Source: Demequinaceae bacterium
GTDB taxonomy: Bacteria; Actinomycetota; Actinomycetes; Actinomycetales; Demequinaceae
DNA: 32,000 nt
Reading direction: 5' to 3'
NCBI GenBank assembly: GCA_965250005.1
Contig: OZ252279.1
Location: 1,560,001-1,592,000 of the forward strand
The notes beneath the pieces are model-generated. The model was given only the letters and a program-made list of their open reading frames with translations, was not told the DNA's origin and searched no databases. A program made the translations under genes and the position numbers. Shown one piece after another: positions 17,661-26,129 of the stretch (positions within the stretch are counted from its first letter, which is position 1; each line of letters starts with the position of its first letter).

Positions 17661-18641
17661 ATGATCACCGTTCGAGAAGTCCCCTTCGCCGACGCTACGG
17701 CGCGCGTCCTGTGGGACGCGCAACAGGCAGAGTTGCTCGCGCGCTACGGCGAGGAAGATGTGGATGCGGTGCTCGAGGACGACGGAATCATCGCTTCGCT
17801 TGTAGGCGAGAGCGACGGCGAGGTGATCGCGACGGGCCTGCTCCGTTGGTCGCCATACTCCACCGCCCCTGGCACGGCGGAAGCGAAGCGCCTTTACCTG
17901 GTGCCCGAACATCGCGGTCACGGCCACTCGCGGGTCATGATGGGTGCGGTCGAATCTGCCGCCCGCAAGGCGGGTGCCATACGCATCGTTGTGGAGACCG
18001 GCCTCAAGCAGCCGGAGGCGATCGGGCTGTACGAGTCGATCGGCTACTCGCGGATCGCCAATTACGGGACGTACGGGGACTTGCCCGATTCGGTGTGTCT
18101 TGGCAAAGAGTTGCCGACTCGGGTGCTGGTACTAAACGGGACCATGGGGGCCGGCAAGACTGCGATTGCGGGCGCGTGCTTCGGCCTCCTCGAACGCGAG
18201 GGCGCCCACGTTGCGCAAATCGACGCCGACTATCTCGCCCAGGCGCACCCATCGGCGCCGGGGGATCGATTCAACGAAGCGCTCATGTTTCGCAACCTCA
18301 CCGCGATCGCGCCGAACTATCGGGCGTACGGCATTGGGCTGGTCATCATCGCCCGGCCCATCGAGGATTCAGAGGGACCGCAGAGGTTCGCGATCGCCTT
18401 CGCATCCTCTGCGGCAGGAGCGGCGGAGGTCACGGTGGTGAGGCTCGACGCAAGCGAGGGGACGCGTCAAGAGCGTCTTCGTGAGCGCGAGCCTGCGGAC
18501 TTCTACGAGGGTTTTGCGAAGGAGCGCACGGTCGAGTTGCAGGCAGGAATCGTGGCCGCGGGTGTGGATGACGGCGTGGTCGAGAACGACGGTCGCGACG
18601 CGAACGACGTAGCGCGCGAGGTGCTCGCACTGCTCTCGTAG
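17661..18641 (+). CDS. GNAT acetyltransferase fused to a P-loop (AAA/kinase-like) domain
   Basis: N-terminal GNAT: AEAKRLYLVPEHRGHGHSRVMMGAVESAARKAGAIRIVVETGLKQPEAIGLYESIGYSRI. C-terminal Walker A: RVLVLNGTMGAGKTAIAGACFGLLEREGAHVAQIDADYL. Confidence 0.85.
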   Translation: MITVREVPFADATARVLWDAQQAELLARYGEEDVDAVLEDDGIIASLVGESDGEVIATGLLRWSPYSTAPGTAEAKRLYLVPEHRGHGHSRVMMGAVESAARKAGAIRIVVETGLKQPEAIGLYESIGYSRIANYGTYGDLPDSVCLGKELPTRVLVLNGTMGAGKTAIAGACFGLLEREGAHVAQIDADYLAQAHPSAPGDRFNEALMFRNLTAIAPNYRAYGIGLVIIARPIEDSEGPQRFAIAFASSAAGAAEVTVVRLDASEGTRQERLREREPADFYEGFAKERTVELQAGIVAAGVDDGVVENDGRDANDVAREVLALLS

Positions 18642-18739
18642 TGGGCTTCGATGCGAGCGAATGCGACGGACGGCGGGGGTTTTGTGCTGCAGGCGGCTCG
18701 GCGTCTTCGCCAGACCGTTGCATCCTTGCGCGGGCGCCG

Positions 18740-18763
18740 GGCTGAGGTCGTACGACCTCAGCC
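18740..18763. repeat. 24-bp perfect palindrome GGCTGAGGTCGTACGACCTCAGCC
   Basis: Read directly. Each half-site is the exact reverse complement of the other with no spacer. Confidence 0.9.
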
Positions 18764-18992
18764 ACGGGTCAGCTGCGTGTATCTCGCCGAGGCGGTCACG
18801 CGCGCCGGTGTTGAGAAGGCGCTCGTACATGACTCAGGAGTGTGAGGTAATGCCGCCGATGAGGCCGAGCGGCAGTGGGCTAGATCGCATGATCTGAGGC
18901 TTTACACGCCGATCCGGGAGCACAGGATTCCGGGTGCTAGCCTTCAGCCATTGGCAGGCGATACCGGCCACCGGTGACGGAGGAGAAAGACC

Positions 18993-19763
18993 ATGGCGCT
19001 CGGAACGCGGGGACTCACAATAGGCGGTCTGGCACTTCTGGTTGCGGGCGGGCTCGGAGGTATGGCGCTCGCGTCCACGGGTGACGGCGATGCGGGCCCC
19101 TTCTTTGCGTGTACCGACGGCACTGTGACGGTACTTCACGTCTACGACGGTTCTGCGCCTGGGTGCGACGACGGCTTTGGACTGGCGGACGTGCTGGTCA
19201 CCGGGCCTGCTGGCGCGATTGGCCCTGACGGCCCCACCGGCGCTACGGGCGCTACGGGTACGAGTGGCAGTACCGGCAACCAGGGGTTGGCTGGCGTTGT
19301 GGGCGCAACTGGCGCCACGGGCTCGGTTGGGGCATTGGGTGCGACTGGACCCCAAGGCGTTCAAGGTACTCAGGGCCCGCAAGGTGGCGACGGCCCGCAG
19401 GGCCCTCAGGGGCCGCAGGGCGACCCCGGCGACGACGGGACCGATCTTGACGGGCTCGCCTGTACGGGCAGCGAACATGTGACTGGCGTTAGCGTGGGGG
19501 CTCTCGTGTGCGCCGCGGCGCCTGACCCGTCGCTGGTTCGTGTCGTCTCGTGGAGTGGAGTCCTGGCCGCTGAAGGCGCAGGCTACTCGAGCACCATCTC
19601 GTGCCCCGCCGGCTATGTCGCGGTCTCGCTTGGTTGGGACGGGGGCGCGGGATTCTCTGGATTGTCTGACTCGTATCCGACGAGCGCCACCACGTGGAGC
19701 TTCACTGTTCCTGATGCGCCGCCCTACGAGCTGTATCTCACGTGCATCAAAGTGACGCACTAA
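18993..19763 (+). CDS. Secreted or membrane-anchored collagen-like (Gly-X-Y) repeat protein
   Basis: N-terminal hydrophobic segment, 27 uninterrupted G-X-Y triplets (residues 71-151, 19203..19445), then a globular C-terminal domain. GGAGGAG RBS upstream. Confidence 0.88.
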   Translation: MALGTRGLTIGGLALLVAGGLGGMALASTGDGDAGPFFACTDGTVTVLHVYDGSAPGCDDGFGLADVLVTGPAGAIGPDGPTGATGATGTSGSTGNQGLAGVVGATGATGSVGALGATGPQGVQGTQGPQGGDGPQGPQGPQGDPGDDGTDLDGLACTGSEHVTGVSVGALVCAAAPDPSLVRVVSWSGVLAAEGAGYSSTISCPAGYVAVSLGWDGGAGFSGLSDSYPTSATTWSFTVPDAPPYELYLTCIKVTH

Positions 19764-19831
19764 GAGACTGGTAACACGGGCCGGGACCAAGGTTCTAGTC
19801 GGCTCGAAGGTTTGCGGCGTACTGTGAAGCC

Positions 19832-20299
19832 ATGAAGATAGGCGAACTCGCGGACCGCTCCGGCGTCACCGCCAAGACCATCCGCTACTACGAGAGCATC
19901 GGCCTGATGCCCGCTCCCGACAGAACCACGTCCAACTATCGCGACTACGGCGACGATGCCGAGGGCCGCCTGAGGTTCGTGCGCGACTCCCAGGCGGCGG
20001 GCCTGACGCTCGCTGAGGTGGCCAGCATCCTCGAGATGAAGGACGCCGGCGAGTCCACATGCGAACACACGCGTGACCTGGTGCAGCGTCACATCGACGA
20101 GATTGACCAGCAGATCGCGGCATTGCGTGAGAACCGCAAGGTGATGGTGGCGCTAGCCGATGCGGCGGGATCAATGGACCCCGGCACGTGTTCGGACCCG
20201 ACGCGCTGTCAGGTGATCTCGAGCCATCTGCACGCCTCTTCGGAGAGCGCCCACACGCCGGGCGGGCGCCGCCGGCTAGCTGTTCATTCGCACGCGTGA
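19832..20299 (+). CDS. MerR family heavy-metal-responsive regulator
   Basis: MKIGELADRSGVTAKTIRYYESIGLMPAPDRTTSNYRDYGDDAEGRLRFVRDSQAAGLTLAEVASIL... contains the MerR HTH. TACTGT -10 lies 6 nt before ATG. Confidence 0.93.
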   Translation: MKIGELADRSGVTAKTIRYYESIGLMPAPDRTTSNYRDYGDDAEGRLRFVRDSQAAGLTLAEVASILEMKDAGESTCEHTRDLVQRHIDEIDQQIAALRENRKVMVALADAAGSMDPGTCSDPTRCQVISSHLHASSESAHTPGGRRRLAVHSHA

Positions 20300-20319
20300 C
20301 GGGAATGAACGGTGTGGGC

Positions 20320-20351
20320 TTGACCTTCCAGTGGAGTGGAACTTCTACGGT
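20320..20351 (+). promoter_or_regulatory. MerR-type operator/promoter for copZ-copA
   Basis: TTGACC (20320-20325) and TACGGT (20346-20351) with 20-bp spacer containing the dyad TTCCA-N6-TGGAA. Over-long spacer is typical of MerR-activated promoters. Confidence 0.75.
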
Positions 20352-20357
20352 GAGCGT

Positions 20358-20618
20358 ATGAATACATCACAGACACGGGCCGCGGGCCCCGAGGAACTGA
20401 CGCTCGACGTGCTCGGGATGCACTGCAACGGCTGCGCCGGGACGGTGACGGACGCCGCGGCTGGCGTCGACGGCGTTGTGGATGCGCACGTTGACCTGTC
20501 TCAAGAGACGCTCGCCATCACGACGGATGGAACCGTACCCGTGCCCACGCTGCGCGAGGCGATCGCTGCCGCCGTCGGAGCGATAGGCTGCTCAATCGCC
20601 GAGGAAGACTTCTCGTGA
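20358..20618 (+). CDS. copZ: Heavy-metal-associated domain copper chaperone
   Basis: LTLDVLGMHCNGCAGTVTDAAAGVDGVVDAHVDLSQETLAITTDG contains the HMA CxxC. Immediately upstream of copA. ATG 20358 fits the leaderless promoter. Confidence 0.82.
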   Translation: MNTSQTRAAGPEELTLDVLGMHCNGCAGTVTDAAAGVDGVVDAHVDLSQETLAITTDGTVPVPTLREAIAAAVGAIGCSIAEEDFS

Positions 20619-23017
20619 CGGCAACCGAAGCGTCCGCGCCCGCCCCGGAGGAACTCCGGATCTCCGTCGGCGGGATGACCTGCGCAGGATGCGCGGCGAC
20701 CCTATCGAACGGCATAGGCCAACTCGACGGCGTCGCATCCGCGGACGTCAACGTTGCGACGCGACGCGCGACCGTCAAATCGGATGGCACCATCGACGCT
20801 GACGACCTCGAGGTGGCGATCGAGGCTGCCATCAACGGGCTCGGCTACTCGGTCGTGAAGAAAGCCGCCCCCGCGGCTGGCCCCGATGGAAACGCGCAGC
20901 ACGGCGAGCACGCAGACCATGGGCACAGCTCGATGGATCAGGGCTCGATGGACCACGGCGACCACGCCGGCATGGACCTCGCCGACGAGCACCTGCGTGC
21001 GGACGCATCTCGGGTGGCGGACTATCGTCGCCGCTTCACCGTCGCCGCAATCCTTGCGGCGCCCCTGCTCGCCATCTCGATGGTGACCGCATGGCAGTTT
21101 GACGGCGGGGAGTGGCTTGCGTTGGCTCTCGCGACCCCCGTGATCTTCTGGAGCGCCTGGCCGTTCCACCGCTCGACCTTCATGACCGCGCGCCACGGCG
21201 CGACAACCATGGATACGCTCGTCACGCTCGGCACTCTCGCGGCGTGGACATGGTCCACGGTCGTGCTCGTGGGCGGCACGCTCGGAATCGGAACCCTCGC
21301 GAACGGTCACGTCTACTACGAGACCGGCGCCGTGATCGTCTCCCTGATTCTGCTTGGCAAGTGGCTCGAAGTCCGTTCGACCGCGAAAGCTGGGGACGCG
21401 ATTCGCGCCCTCAGCAAGATTCAAGCCAACACCGCGCAGCTCGAGGACGGTACAGAGATTCCGCTAGACCAGCTTGAGGTGGGCATGCGGTTTGTGACGC
21501 GCCCCGGAGAGACGATCGCAACTGACGGCTTGGTTGTCGATGGCTCGGCCGCTGTCGACGCGTCCATGGTGACCGGCGAATCCGTGCCCGTTCACGCAGG
21601 TGAGGGAGCAGAGGTGGTCGGAGGAACCATCGCCACAGACGGTGCACTCGTGATCGAGGCGACGCGCGTGGGCAGCGAAACCATGCTCGCCCAAATTGCT
21701 CGGATGGTAGACGACGCGCAGTCAGGCAAGGCCGACGTGCAGCGCCTCGCGGACCGCATCAGCGGCGTGTTCGTACCCGTGGTTATAGGGATGTCGCTCG
21801 CGACGCTAGCCACCTGGCTCTTGGTCACAGGCGATGTGGATGGCGCGTTCACGGCGGCTGTGGCGGTGCTGATCATCAGCTGCCCGTGCGCGCTGGGGCT
21901 CGCGACACCGCTCGCCATCATGGTGGGCACCGGCCGCGGCGCCCAGCTGGGCGTGCTGGTGCGCGGCCCGCAAGTGCTTGAGGACACGCGCCGGATTACC
22001 ACCATCGTGCTCGATAAGACCGGCACCATCACCACCGGAAAAATGACGGCGGGCGAGGTCATTGCGCCGGGGTTCGACGACGGCGCGAAGGCGCTGCTGA
22101 TCTCCGCGGCGGCTTCCGCAGAGAAGCGTTCGGAGCATCCGGTGGGCCAGGCCGTCGCCGCTCTTGTGGACGAGCACCGCGGCATCAAGGACTTCCGCAT
22201 CACGCCGGGTCAGGGCGTCACGGCCACGGTTCAGGGCGCGCCATCTACGATGACGCAGGCCCTCGGTTGCGCCGACGAGGCACCGGCTGACGTGCGCGTC
22301 GGCTCGCGCCGAATGTTCGACCACGTCCCTGACGAGCTTGAGCAGGCTGCTACCGACGCCGAGTGGCGCGGCTTCACAGCCGTGTTCGCAGGCCGTTCGC
22401 CCGTGATGGAGACCAAACCTGGCGCGATCATTTCGATCCGCACCCCCGTGGACGCGGAGGCAGTAATCCTCGTGAGCGACACGGTCAAACCCACGTCGCT
22501 CGAGGCGGCGGATACTTTCCGCGAACTCGGTCTCGACGTGATCCTGCTGACCGGAGACAACGAGCGCGCGGCGCGAGCCGTGGCCAATGAGGTGGGCATC
22601 GACCGCGTGATCGCTGAGGTGCTCCCCAGCGACAAGGCTGAGGTGGTGAAGGGCCTCCAGGAGGAGGGCCAGCGCGTCGCGATGGTGGGCGACGGCGTCA
22701 ACGATGCTCCTGCGCTCGCGCAGGCTGACCTGGGAATCGCGATTGGCACCGGCGCCGACGTTGCACGCGAAGCATCGGACCTGACAGCCGTGAGCGGCGA
22801 CCTGCTGGCGGTGGCGGACGCGATTCGCCTATCGCGGTGCACGCTGAGTGTGATCCGCGGCAACCTATTCTGGGCGTTCGCTTACAACGTCGCGGCCATT
22901 CCGCTCGCGGCGTTCGGGATTCTCAACCCGATGGTCGCATCGGCTGCGATGGGCGGGTCGAGCCTGTTCGTGGTGGGCAACTCTCTGCGGTTGCGAGGTT
23001 TCACGCCGCAACGGTAG
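20615..23017 (+). CDS. copA: Copper-translocating P1B-type ATPase
   Basis: N-terminal HMA (GGMTCAGCAATL), Met/His-rich linker, ISCPCALGLATPLAIMVGTGRGA, VLDKTGTITTGKMT, GDGVNDAPALAQADLGIAIGTGADVA, and 4-nt overlap with copZ. Confidence 0.95.
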   Translation: MTATEASAPAPEELRISVGGMTCAGCAATLSNGIGQLDGVASADVNVATRRATVKSDGTIDADDLEVAIEAAINGLGYSVVKKAAPAAGPDGNAQHGEHADHGHSSMDQGSMDHGDHAGMDLADEHLRADASRVADYRRRFTVAAILAAPLLAISMVTAWQFDGGEWLALALATPVIFWSAWPFHRSTFMTARHGATTMDTLVTLGTLAAWTWSTVVLVGGTLGIGTLANGHVYYETGAVIVSLILLGKWLEVRSTAKAGDAIRALSKIQANTAQLEDGTEIPLDQLEVGMRFVTRPGETIATDGLVVDGSAAVDASMVTGESVPVHAGEGAEVVGGTIATDGALVIEATRVGSETMLAQIARMVDDAQSGKADVQRLADRISGVFVPVVIGMSLATLATWLLVTGDVDGAFTAAVAVLIISCPCALGLATPLAIMVGTGRGAQLGVLVRGPQVLEDTRRITTIVLDKTGTITTGKMTAGEVIAPGFDDGAKALLISAAASAEKRSEHPVGQAVAALVDEHRGIKDFRITPGQGVTATVQGAPSTMTQALGCADEAPADVRVGSRRMFDHVPDELEQAATDAEWRGFTAVFAGRSPVMETKPGAIISIRTPVDAEAVILVSDTVKPTSLEAADTFRELGLDVILLTGDNERAARAVANEVGIDRVIAEVLPSDKAEVVKGLQEEGQRVAMVGDGVNDAPALAQADLGIAIGTGADVAREASDLTAVSGDLLAVADAIRLSRCTLSVIRGNLFWAFAYNVAAIPLAAFGILNPMVASAAMGGSSLFVVGNSLRLRGFTPQR

Positions 23018-23076
23018 TTCTCCACAGTTTCGTTCCCTGGAAGCAACCGCGCGCGCTCCGGTGGCGCGGTGGATCA

Positions 23077-23625
23077 ATGTCACAGAGGTGAGATCGCGGC
23101 CCGCTCCACGTCTTCGTCGACGAATCCAAGCGAGGAGGAAACTTCGTCTTGGTCGCCGTTGTGCTCAGGGCAAATGAGGTAGGCAGGGCCCGACGCACGC
23201 TCGCAGGCATCCGAGGCGAACGGGGTCGCCTGCATTTCACATCCGCAAGCGCGAACAGGCGCGCAAGGCTGGTGGCAGCCTGCATCAGCCACGTAAATGA
23301 GATCTGGATGTACGACGCGCACGGGTCTTCGGAAGAGGTCGGAGCGAGACGTTGGTCAGTGGTCCTGTTGGTTGGAGATGCGCTTGCGGCGTCCGTTGGC
23401 AGGTTGGTCATCGAGCGGGATGAGACACGGGAGCGCGATGATCAAGCAACCATTCGAGCGACACTCAGAAGTCACAAGGCAGAGGACTTCTTTGCGTTCG
23501 AACATGCTTCAGTTAGCGAAGAGACCTTGCTTGCGCTCGCAGACACCGTGGCTTGGTGCTTGAGTCGCGATAGAAATTGGCGAGAGCGAATTGCGGCGAT
23601 CCCTACGGTGCTGAGGGAGTCCTAG
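23077..23625 (+). pseudogene. DUF3800-like (RNase H-like) protein with interrupted or unassigned 5' end
   Basis: Frame reads MSQR*DRGPLHVFVDESKRGGNFVLVAVVLRANEVGRARRTLAGIRGERGRLHFTSASANRRARLVAACI... The DESKRGG and HFT motifs look like the conserved family start but have no in-frame start after the TGA at 23089-23091. The supplied ORF (23149..23625) begins inside the domain. Confidence 0.5.
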
Positions 23626-23750
23626 AAAGCGCGAAACCCAGAAGACCGACCGTTGGGAAGGCTACTGGGCTCACTTCTCGGCGCTACGTGCGCCTCGCAA
23701 GGTCGATGCTACGCCTGGCGCGGGATTGCGGCAAGAGCTGTGGATTAGGC

Positions 23751-24974
23751 TCAGATCGCCGCGAGCGCCTTCGCGAGATCCTCGCGCAGGTCCTCGACGT
23801 CCTCGAGGCCACAGGACAGGCGCACGGTCGCATGCGACATGCCCACGGCGGCCTGGCCCTCGGGACCAAGCTTCGCGTGGGTCGTGGTCGACGGGTGGGT
23901 CGCAATCGACTTGGCGTCGCCAAAGTTGTTGCTCAACTCGAACAGCGTGAGCGCGTCTATGAAGCGGAACGCGATGTCCTTGGCCTCTTGCGAGAGCGGG
24001 TCCACGCCGTCGGGCAGCGCGAGGTCGACGGTCACCACGGTGCCGCCCATCGTCTGCTGCGTTTTGGCAAGTTCATGCTGCGGGTGGGACGGCAGGAACG
24101 GGTACAGAACACGCCCGATGCCCGGCTGGTCCTCGAGCCACTCAGCGATGTCTAGCGCCGACGCGCACTGGGCCCGCGTCCGCACGCCCAGCGTCTCGAG
24201 CCCCTTGAGCATGATCCACGCGTTGAACGGCGAGATAGTCGCGCCCATCTGACGCACCATCGTTTTGACGGGCCCGTTTACGTAGTCGTCAGTGCCGAGG
24301 ATCGCCCCACCCAGCACACGCCCCTGGCCGTCGATGTGCTTGGTCGCCGAGTAGACCACGGCGTCCGCGCCCAGGTCGAGCGGGCGCTGGCCAAGCGGCG
24401 TCGCGAACACGTTGTCGCAGATCACTATCGCGCCGGCCTTGTGCCCGAGAGCCGCAACGGCGGCCACGTCCACCACATCTTGCATGGGGTTGGTCGGGCT
24501 TTCGAAGAACACTGCCTTGGCGGGTGTCGCGAGCGCACGCTCCCAGTCCTCTAGGCGGTGGCCGTCGACTAGGTCGATTTCGATGCCCCACTTCTTGAAG
24601 AACGTGTCATAGACCTTGATCGTGGAGCCGAAGAGCGCGCGCGAAGAAACCAGGCGGTCCCCCTGGCCCAAGATGGACGCGAGGGACACAAACACGGCCG
24701 ACATGCCGGTAGAGGTGGCGAAGCAGGCCTCGGCGCCCTCGATGGCCGTGAGGCGGTCCTGAAAGGCCTCCACGGTCGGGTTGCCGTAGCGCGAGTACAT
24801 GAACACATCGATCTCGTCGGCAAAGGCAGCTTCGGCCTGTGCGGCGTTGTCGTAGACGTACCCCTGAGTGAGGTGGAGTGCCTCGCTCATCTCGTGGTGC
24901 TGAGAGCGCACGATGCCGCCCCGGATCGCTTTGGTGTCGGGGCGGAGGTGGCTCAGGTCGGGCTCGTCGGTCAT
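23751..24974 (-). CDS. metZ: O-succinylhomoserine sulfhydrylase-like, Cys/Met metabolism PLP enzyme
   Basis: SEALHLTQGYVYDNAAQAEAAFADEIDVFMYSRYGNPTVEAFQDRLTAIEGAEACFATSTGMSAVF...VICDNVFATPLGQRPLDLGADAVVYSATKHIDGQGRVLGGAILG. Confidence 0.9.
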   Translation of the reverse strand: MTDEPDLSHLRPDTKAIRGGIVRSQHHEMSEALHLTQGYVYDNAAQAEAAFADEIDVFMYSRYGNPTVEAFQDRLTAIEGAEACFATSTGMSAVFVSLASILGQGDRLVSSRALFGSTIKVYDTFFKKWGIEIDLVDGHRLEDWERALATPAKAVFFESPTNPMQDVVDVAAVAALGHKAGAIVICDNVFATPLGQRPLDLGADAVVYSATKHIDGQGRVLGGAILGTDDYVNGPVKTMVRQMGATISPFNAWIMLKGLETLGVRTRAQCASALDIAEWLEDQPGIGRVLYPFLPSHPQHELAKTQQTMGGTVVTVDLALPDGVDPLSQEAKDIAFRFIDALTLFELSNNFGDAKSIATHPSTTTHAKLGPEGQAAVGMSHATVRLSCGLEDVEDLREDLAKALAAI

Positions 24975-25025
24975 GCGGCCAAGTCTAGGGGAGGCGCGTG
25001 GTGCTCGGTCTGATGGTCGCGCGCA

Positions 25026-25655
25026 CTACTTGACGAACATCGACGGGACCGTCACGCCGCCGACAATGGTCGCCGCGCCGTAATCGAACTGGATGTCGTA
25101 GTAGGCCTGCTCGTTCGCGCCGACGCCCGCAGGCAGGTTCGCTGCGCCCACCACAAGGAAGTTGCCCGCGAGCGGCGTCGCGGAGTTGCTTGCGCCAAAC
25201 TGGAAGTGCGTGCCAACGGGCACGTAGGCCTCGAAGATCACAAAGACGTCGCCGAGTAGAAACTCCTTGCACTCGTGGTAGCCGCTGCCTGAACGTGAAC
25301 AGAGAATGTGCGAGGCGGGATCCGACGCGTTGCCGAGCATCTCGGCGTAGACGGTCACGTAGACAAAGTCGCCCTGGTTGAAGATCTCTTCGAGCGTGTA
25401 CACGCCAGTGTGCATCGGCGCCGGGGGGTAGGGGTCGGCGTCCGGCGGCGGAGGTGGCGCTTCCGGCGAATTCCTCGCGGAGGGTGCGGTGGATTGGGCG
25501 GGCTCGGTCAGCGACGGGGACGCGCTCTGAGTGGTAGATACCATTGCCTGCGGCGGCGGCCCCGGGGCATCGGTGGAGGACGTACATCCAGCCAGACTCA
25601 GTCCGAGCGCACCAGCGACGAGAAGTCGCGCGACCGTGGTTGCTGGGCTAGCCAT
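25026..25655 (-). CDS. Secreted/lipoprotein hypothetical protein
   Basis: MASPATTVARLLVAGALGLSLAGCTSSTDAPG is a signal peptide with lipobox, followed by a Pro/Ser-rich linker and a C-terminal domain. TACCGT lies 6 nt upstream of ATG. Confidence 0.75.
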   Translation of the reverse strand: MASPATTVARLLVAGALGLSLAGCTSSTDAPGPPPQAMVSTTQSASPSLTEPAQSTAPSARNSPEAPPPPPDADPYPPAPMHTGVYTLEEIFNQGDFVYVTVYAEMLGNASDPASHILCSRSGSGYHECKEFLLGDVFVIFEAYVPVGTHFQFGASNSATPLAGNFLVVGAANLPAGVGANEQAYYDIQFDYGAATIVGGVTVPSMFVK

Positions 25656-25706
25656 ACGCCCACGGTAGCCGGGGACGGACAGTCGCGCACCCGGGCACGT
25701 AGTCTG

Positions 25707-26129
25707 CTAGGACTGCCGCCAGGGCAGGCCCGCGGAGCGCCAGCCGGAACCGCCGCGGTGGCCGTCGTCGTCCGTCGCGCCTTCGAAACCGTCGAGCACG
25801 TTGAACGACGGGCTGAGACCAGCGTCCGTCGCGGCAACAGCAGCGCCGATGGAGCGCTGGCCTGAGCGGCACAGGAATATGATCGGCGACTCAGAGCCGG
25901 GCTCGAGACCGTGTTCCTTGAGCTGAGCTGCGAACTGGTGGTTGCGCTCGCCCTCGGGGTAGCTGACCCACTCGATGAAGAGCACGTCGCGGCCAAGCTC
26001 GTCCGTCTCGGGAACGCCGACGAAGCGCCACTCCGCCTCGGTGCGAACGTCGACGAGGATCGCGTGTTCATCGGCTTTCAGCATGTCCCATGCCACCTGG
26101 GGTGTGATGTCGCCCGCGTAGTTGCTCAA
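25707..26129 (-). CDS. Rhodanese-like domain sulfurtransferase
   Basis: ITPQVAWDMLKADEHAILVDVRTEAEWRFVGVP...NHQFAAQLKEHGLEPGSESPIIFLCRSGQRSIGAAVAATDAG, with active-site CRSGQRS. Confidence 0.92.
   Translation of the reverse strand: MSNYAGDITPQVAWDMLKADEHAILVDVRTEAEWRFVGVPETDELGRDVLFIEWVSYPEGERNHQFAAQLKEHGLEPGSESPIIFLCRSGQRSIGAAVAATDAGLSPSFNVLDGFEGATDDDGHRGGSGWRSAGLPWRQS

Noticed and set aside
17480-18484. 334-aa plus-strand ORF over the GNAT-kinase gene
   Set aside because: Arg-rich shadow frame. The 17661..18641 frame has recognisable GNAT and Walker A motifs and a leaderless promoter.
18369-18830. Minus-strand 153-aa ORF and the overlapping 18651..18845/18661..18897 plus-strand ORFs in the palindrome region
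   Set aside because: Low-complexity, basic translations without signal or domain. They exist partly because the palindrome is stop-free in several frames. Treated as non-coding.
19203-19445. Short repeated GGCCCGCAGGGCCCTCAGGGGCCGCAGGGC units considered as a CRISPR or DNA satellite
   Set aside because: Units are 9-bp codon-level Gly-X-Y repeats within a coding frame, without spacers.
23001-23411. Minus-strand 136-aa ORF opposite the DUF3800-like gene
   Set aside because: No domain-like pattern. The plus frame shows HVFVDESKRGG, HFT and ordinary amino-acid composition.
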